Source: Phaeosaccion multiseriatum
Lineage: Eukaryota > Protista > Ochrophyta, other classes
Assembly: GCA_965112735.1 (NCBI GenBank)
Contig: OZ218965.1
Location: 992,001 to 1,056,000, forward strand
Length of the DNA stretch: 64,000 nt
Reading direction: 5' to 3'
Positions 57,920 through 64,000 of the stretch are shown piece by piece. Positions within the stretch are counted from its first letter, which is position 1; every line of letters begins with the position of its first letter. The notes under the pieces were generated by a model. The model was given only the letters and a program-made list of their open reading frames with translations, made no database searches and was not told the origin of the DNA. Made by a program: the position numbers and the translations under genes.

Positions 57920-58458
57920 CCAGCTACTGCTGCTGCTGGGATCCCCAACAAAATCACCACACCCTGCCCCAAAAAGTATGCCCGTCCCCAATCACTGCAA
58001 CCCGAACCACCCTCCATCGAGGCGCAGGTGTACTGCCCCAACCAGCCTTGGGCTCTCCGTCCTCCATACTTCCTGTCCTTCTGGCTGCTGCTCGGTTCTT
58101 TGTTCACTGCCTCCTATGGCTATTTGTTGTCACGGGCACGACCCTTTCATACGACGGAGGAGGCTTCGTTTTAAGGCGGAGGCACGACGAACTGAAATTG
58201 ACCAAATTTTGATTTTGTGATTTTGACCGTGTGCTATATTATTTGCGGCCCGTTTGGCCGTTCACGAGGGGGGGACTGACCCCTGTGAAGAGTACAGTTA
58301 AGTGACCCCTGTGAAGAGGCGAACACAGTCAACAGTAAACGAGTATATACAGTGAGAGGGCTTTGCTTCCTAATAGACCTACAGCAACACCCCGCACAGC
58401 GAGAGCAAAGGACTGGGAGTCTCAACACCAGGGACGAACAGAAACACCCCGCAGGGGG

Positions 58459-58687
58459 TCGACCCTGGACAAGGTTACAGTGTACCCGGCCATAATCAGT
58501 AATAGGCCGGCTGGCGCCAATAATCAGTAATCAGGCCGGCTAGCGCCGATCATAATCAGTAATCAGGCCGGCTGGTGCCGGTCATAATCAGTAATCAGAC
58601 CCGGCTGGCGCCGGCCATAATCAGTAATCAGTAATCAGGCCCGGCTGGCGCCATAATCAGTAATCAGATAACCTTGTCCAGGGCCGA
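58459..58687. mobile_element. MITE-like element family B: 19-bp TIRs enclosing 5 full plus 1 partial tandem ~30-bp units
   Basis: Left TCGACCCTGGACAAGGTTA versus right reverse complement TCGGCCCTGGACAAGGTTA; unit CATAATCAGTAATCAGGCCGGCTGGCGCCG; flanks GCAGGGGG and GCAGGGAG. Confidence 0.8.
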
Positions 58688-60028
58688 GCAGGGAGAATGG
58701 AAAAGAGAGAGCGATGAGTTTAGTATCAACACCAGCCTCCTGGTTCTTTGTACCGTACTACTTCGGGCCTAAACCCACCACGCCTCTGCTGCAGTGGATG
58801 CAGCTGCAGTGGATAAGCCGCAGGTCCCTTAACTCTCCGAATGTCGTATCCCTTGCCTGCCCCTCCAAAGATTCCAATGGAGTCTTACTGGCACGATCCC
58901 ATCCCATGCGGCGAAATCACACTCGCCAAAGAGTTCCAGAGGCACAGAGCGAGTAGGTGTGAAGAGTGCGCGGGTGAACTTCGCCTCGACTCTTACTCCG
59001 GCTCTCCGTCCGTGGAAACAAGCCCACGAGACAGCTAGAGGGCGGGGACGGGGAAGGAGGGGGTGGTAAAGAAGGAAGTAAGAACGCACGTCAACAACAT
59101 TGTTCAACACTTTATGGGGATAGGTACGCACATGGGGCAAACGGCAAATCCGACCGGAGTATTCAAGGCGGGGCGGTTCTCTGTTTGCGCTCGTGAGGCG
59201 GGCAAAGACGGACCATGGAATTCGCGCTTTCTGGCATCTGAAAAAAAGGGACCAGAGATGTGGAGAAGCATACGAGGTTTCAAATACCTCTTCGGACTTA
59301 ATCCCAATCTCCCAAACCGCTGAAGATATCCCCTCCGTCCGTAAACAACCAAGATACGGTACTCACCAGTACTGCGGACCCCGCTGCGCCCTGGTAGGCG
59401 TCTGTGTGTGCTTGCTTGCGTGCGTGCGTGCGTGCGTGCGCGCCTTTCAGCAGATGCCAGGCGTGCCGCTCCAACGGGCCCACAATACCCCCAAGTCGAT
59501 AGCCTGGCTGCTCGAGGCCGCGGCAGCCGCCTTCTCCTCGGCTCCTCTGCCTGCCCTTCACCCAGTCCTTCCTTCTCCTCCTTGTGGGTTGGGTGCGTGC
59601 CTCCTCATCCACTGCCACTGAGACGCCATAGACGATGACCCACCATTGCATACAGGAAGGGCTCTCTCTCTCTCTCCCAGCGAGGGTGGTGCCGCACTCC
59701 GCCCTTCCGAAGAGATGAAAAATGTAGGCGCGTATCGCCTGATGCGGTGGTCATGGATGCGTGAAGGGTAGGGAAGGATTTTCTCAACCTCCTCCTCCTC
59801 GAGCTCCTCCTTCTTCTCGAGCGTGCTGCTGTTCGCCGTGGCGGTGTGCGTTCGCCGCCTCTACTGGCTGCTTGCTTGGCAGAGCAAGACTCGGGCCAAG
59901 CTGAGCAGATTGCTCCGCGCAAACCAACACACGCCCGTAGTCGACTGCGTCCTGGTCTTGCTCCCACCCCCCCTCTGAGACTTGACAGTGAGACAGGTCC
60001 TGTGCCATTCGTCGTCCATTCATCTCAT

Positions 60029-60916
60029 TCAGTCGGAGAGGCTTTTAAGAAGCTTGTCGCAGCCCCACCGGCCCCACTTTTGTTGTAGATCGTACGGGAG
60101 CCTCCCCCAGTCCACGTTGATCATTACTTCATAATCTGTGAGCCACTCATTGCATAAGCGGCGCTTTCCCTCCTCATCCACTCCCTCCCCATCCTCTTCC
60201 TCCTCCCCACCTTTCTCGACGCCCCACCCCCATTCGCCGTTGCGCTCCAGTGCCATTCCAGGAGGCATCTCGTCAGAAGCAGATGGCCCCTTCTTCCCCC
60301 TCTCCTCCCCCCCCTCCTCCTCCTGCTGGGGGTTCCACTCCAGCCCCCAGCCCCCATCTTTCTCGTTCTTCCAGCCTCCCCTTTCATACAGGCCTGAACC
60401 ACTACTATACGGATCCATGTACCTCGTGTCGCCGGAACCCGAGCTACGGAGAGCTTCCCCAATCTCTTTAGTGACACTCTGTAGACCCCCCGCTAGCTCT
60501 GCCTCCATGTACGCAGGGGCAGCAGGCATGGGCGGGGGAGGGGCGTCTCCATTCTTCTTTTGAATGGTTTCTGCATCAATCCGAGCCTGGCGCCGCATCT
60601 CGCCCAGGTCCATCTCAGCACTCGCACTTTCCAACACTACCTTGTCGTGCATTCCTCGCACGAAATGCTCCATCATAGACGCGTTCTCCAGGACCTCCAA
60701 CTCGATGGCCCGCACTCGCTTCTCCAGGGCAGCGCGGTTCAAGGCCTCCTCTCGGGCGTCCTCACTCTCGCAGCTGAAGCCGTTGTAGTGCCGGATGTTC
60801 AGCACCACCACGAACGCAGCCAGGATAACCAACAGCAAGGGGGCAACAGTCATTACCACCTTGGTGCCCGACATGGGCCTTTTAGATGAGCTGCTGCTGC
60901 TTGTGAGCCCTGCCAT
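60029..60916 (-). CDS. Single-exon type II membrane protein: TM anchor, coiled-coil stalk, C-terminal Cys/Trp mini-module
   Basis: TM segment VAPLLLVILAAFVVVLNI; stalk ALEKRVRAIELEVLEN; terminal CNEWLTDYEVMINVDWGRLPYDLQQKWGRWGCD. Confidence 0.7.
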   Translation of the reverse strand: MAGLTSSSSSSKRPMSGTKVVMTVAPLLLVILAAFVVVLNIRHYNGFSCESEDAREEALNRAALEKRVRAIELEVLENASMMEHFVRGMHDKVVLESASAEMDLGEMRRQARIDAETIQKKNGDAPPPPMPAAPAYMEAELAGGLQSVTKEIGEALRSSGSGDTRYMDPYSSGSGLYERGGWKNEKDGGWGLEWNPQQEEEGGEERGKKGPSASDEMPPGMALERNGEWGWGVEKGGEEEEDGEGVDEEGKRRLCNEWLTDYEVMINVDWGRLPYDLQQKWGRWGCDKLLKSLSD

Positions 60917-61177
60917 GGCTGGTGAGCGATCCCCCAAAAACCTCGCGGGGGAACAAGAGGAAGCTCCCTGGCCGCTATACCAGCGCTAACTCTAAGACTG
61001 GGGAAGTTGACTCTAAGAGACAGGGGACGCTCCCTTCTCCGGCATGAGAGGTGACGGCGATAATTAATAATTTTTAGATGAAATGGGGGGTGGATTTTTC
61101 TCCATCAATTGCCATCGCCTGATGTCCGATATTCATGACGGAGAAAAAAGCGAGGTGTGGGCGATCATCCCCCTTTC
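60917..61177. promoter_or_regulatory. Short divergent intergenic region between the type II membrane protein and D27
   Basis: ~260 bp between divergent ATGs with an AT-rich core TAATTAATAATTTT. Confidence 0.45.
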
Positions 61178-62289
61178 ATGATGCTACTGCTACCTCTGTG
61201 CCTTCTCCTCCTCAATGAAAGCGTTGGCGTTGCGGGCTTTTCCACGTTTTCTCCCTCGCGGCAGCAGCAGCAGCAACGGAGGCACCTCAATGCAAGGGGC
61301 TCAACTGCGACGTGGGTGACGGCACCATCTTCCTCCCCTGCCGCTGCTGCTTCTATGTTGGAAGGCGTGCAGGTCTTTCAAGGCAAGGCAGGGCCCTCCG
61401 ACGCCCCACCGCTGTATGACGACTCGGGGCTCCTTGACAAGACTCTCCTGGCCCTCTTTCGGTGCGTTTGGCCTTTCGGTCTCTCTTGCACTCACCTCCA
61501 CCGAGGCGTGCTGGCTTTGCTCCTCATCCTCCTTCTCCTCCTCCACTCTCCTCCTCCTCCTCCTCCTCCTCCTCCCACCTGTAATCCTCCTCTGGTCGCC
61601 TTACTGACCCTGTTTTGACCGCTGTCGTCACACACGTAGATCAAAGCTGAGGGAGCAGACGGGCCTACCCGAAAGCCCGGAACCAGGCTACGCAGGCCTC
61701 ATGGAACTCATCACAGACCTCAATTCAATGTATCCGGACACAAGGGGCACGCAAGTGGCGGGCAGGAACACGCTAAAGGCCCTCTTCCCGTCCTGGCTGC
61801 CCGGGGCCTTTGCCGTAATGTTCAGCAAGCCCTTGCCGGCCTTCAGCAGCAGGATGAATGCCTGGGTGACCAAGGTGGCCTCGCAGTGGCTAATGGGACC
61901 ATCTGAGGTGAACGATGTGGAGATTGACGGAGGCAGCATTGGCGTCGGGCACGGACTGAAGGTGGAGCGCTGCCGGTTCCTGGAGGAGGCGGGATGCGCA
62001 AGCGTTTGCATCAACAGTTGTAAAATCGTAAGTGCGCGCACCAGCTGGTCAGCCGACAGAGGCGGAGATCTCTTGAGGCTGGCTTGGGGGCCAGAAATCA
62101 GGGCGGGGAAGGCTGCTGGATCGGTCACGGCTCTCCTGCTGCTACTCCAGCTGCTCCCCCTTATCCTCTTGCTCGCTGCTTCATGTCTCTCCTGAGCCCA
62201 ACCACCTGCGGCCCACACACATCCCATGTTTCCCTTGCAGGACCCCCCCCCTCTCTCTCTCTCTCTCCCTCTCTCTCTCTCTCTCCCTC

Positions 62290-62321
<32 letters not shown>

Positions 62322-63028
62322 ACACACACACGCACACTCACAAACACCTACGCTCCTCTCCCGTCTCCACTGCTCGTTGCTTACCGCGTCAATGACCTCC
62401 ATGCGGCATCAATCAATCATCCAATTACTCAATGCCCACATTGTCCTTACCCTTTCTCACCATTTCAATGTCCATTTCAGCCCACTCAGGAGTTCTTTAT
62501 CAAGGACATGGGCCTACCCTTAGAAATGACCCCCAACTACGAGGACTTCAGCTGCCAATTCTCTTTCGGTGGGTGAGGGAGATAGTTTCAGGACCAGTTC
62601 ACTTTCGGTGGGGGTAGGTGAGACGAGTTTCAGTGCTCGTTCAGTATATCGTCTATTCATTTAAAACAAGAGCAACGGGGGAGGAGAGAGGGAGGGGGGA
62701 GCCTGGGCCGGCATGCTGATTTGATTAGCACCGTGGCTCGTGCTGCGTGTGTCTCACCATCGCCGTCATGCTCTCAGGTGGCATCTCAGACGAGCCCCCC
62801 CTCTCCTCAGACTGTAACCGCCGCTTCTCTCCCCCCCCTTCTCTCTCGCCGTTGTGCCCCACCGTCAACCACACGGTCTATCACACCGTTCGTTCCACAG
62901 GCAAGACTCCTCTGCCCACAGATGCCGACGACGCCTTCAAGGTTGCGTGTTTCCAACAGTGCCCTGCTCAAGGCTCGCTCAGGGGCAGGTGTCACAAGGT
63001 GGAAGAGCCCGACCCCACACGAGAGTAG
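61178..63028 (+). CDS. D27: Beta-carotene isomerase DWARF27-like (DUF4033), plastid-targeted, 4 exons
   Basis: Signal peptide + VAG|FST; QWLMGPSEV, VERCRFLEEAGCASVCINSCKI|PTQEFFIKDMGLPLEMTPNYEDFSCQFSFG|KTP...CFQQCP. Confidence 0.93.
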
Positions 63029-63760
63029 CTGCCTCAGAGCGGTCCCAAGGGGGAAGACAGGCAGCCAGGTAGCCAGGCAGCCAGTCAGCCAGCCAGGCAG
63101 GCAGGCAGGTGGTGCAGGGGGAGTAAGTGTATGTGAACGAGTGGACGGGTATCCGTATATCCATCGTGGAACGGGGCCATCCATCCGGGTCGAGTTAGCT
63201 CCAACCCTACGCGGGACGGGGCAGTGTTGCATCGGGATTACGCTCTCCTCGAGGTGGAGGCGTGGAAGGATGTCCAGTCTTCTCTCTCTCCATAGCAGAG
63301 GGTCCCAGCAAGGGGGTTCAGAAGGTATTGTCTCTCCTTCGATTCCGATTTTTGGAAACCTGCCTGGGGCAGGAGGGACGTTCGTCGATTCCTGCGCGTC
63401 CGAGGCGCCGGAAGGGGAGAAGCCACACCAGCAGCACCAGCACCAGCACCATCAGCAGCAGCAGCAGCAGCAGCAGCAGATGGAAGCCAAGTAGCTGCCA
63501 GGATTGCAGACGCTCTCGCTCGCTGACTCACTGGTGGTTGCTGGTGCTGTTGCTGCTCCGGAACTAGGCCGACTCCGGGAGTATTATGTCCGAACATTCC
63601 GTCGGAGCTTCTCCAAACACTTCTCGCCCGGAAGAAGAAAGACTGGCGGTGAAAGTGTTGCCTGCTGTACAACTCACTCGCTAAGCGACGCTCTCTGCTT
63701 AGTGGCGGTATGCTCAGAGGAGATTCGCCAGCAGCACCCATTGCAGTACCACCAGAGACA

Positions 63761-64000
63761 CTAAGATGTGGGAGCATCGGAAGCATCATCCCCGCCAGCA
63801 GCAGTAGCAGAGCCAGCAGCAGCAGCTGCCTCAATGCTACCGCTGATAGATTCCAGAAGGTCGTGAAGGGCTACCTGGAAGGGCCCCTTTTCCTCCTGGG
63901 GAAGCTTGAGGTAGAGCCGAAGGGCAGAGGCAGCGAGCTCGTGAAAGGGAGGATGCCGCTGGCTCTGGAGACTGCCTCCGGTACCCGCAGTGGCAGCAGT
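63761..64000 (-). CDS. Probable 3' end of an unidentified gene entering from beyond the window
   Basis: Open frame from the window edge: ...HPPFHELAASALRLYLKLPQEEKGPFQVALHDLLESISGSIEAAAA...DAPTS*. Confidence 0.35.
   Translation of the reverse strand, partial: TAATAGTGGSLQSQRHPPFHELAASALRLYLKLPQEEKGPFQVALHDLLESISGSIEAAAAAGSATAAGGDDASDAPTS

Noticed and set aside
58490-58668. CRISPR-like array
   Set aside because: The units are contiguous with no unique spacers, there are no cas genes, the context is eukaryotic, and the array is enclosed by TIRs

Overview
Gene-dense, intron-rich eukaryotic nuclear DNA. The spliceosomal GT-AG/GC-AG introns, bipartite signal-peptide+Phe plastid presequences and (GGGA)n/(ACTC)n-filled introns point to a photosynthetic stramenopile, possibly a eustigmatophyte (inference). 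About 20 spliced genes can be rebuilt by hand: ERK7/MAPK15-like kinase (5' part), START/polyketide-cyclase protein, apicomplexan-type high-Mr thioredoxin reductase, UDP-glucuronate 4-epimerase, PH/coiled-coil protein, ZIFL-like MFS transporter, NDUFA3, VPS4, a small 'DWPRNGA' protein, a 1577-aa single-exon LRR protein, TVP18/Flower-like, DA1-like peptidase, a UIM protein, mTERF-like, TSR2, COPI-associated/TVP15-like, PNPOx-like, HSF, a type II membrane protein and D27. There is also a frameshifted FNIP-repeat pseudogene and two MITE-like TIR element families with related termini. The most notable patterns are intron 5' ends in which the donor's own tetramer is tandemly amplified, acceptors without a pyrimidine tract, at least three GC-AG introns, a Cys4 insertion in the VPS4 beta domain, and a standalone Trp/Cys mini-module. 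Exon boundaries were read by eye and may be off by a few bases. No database searches were run.
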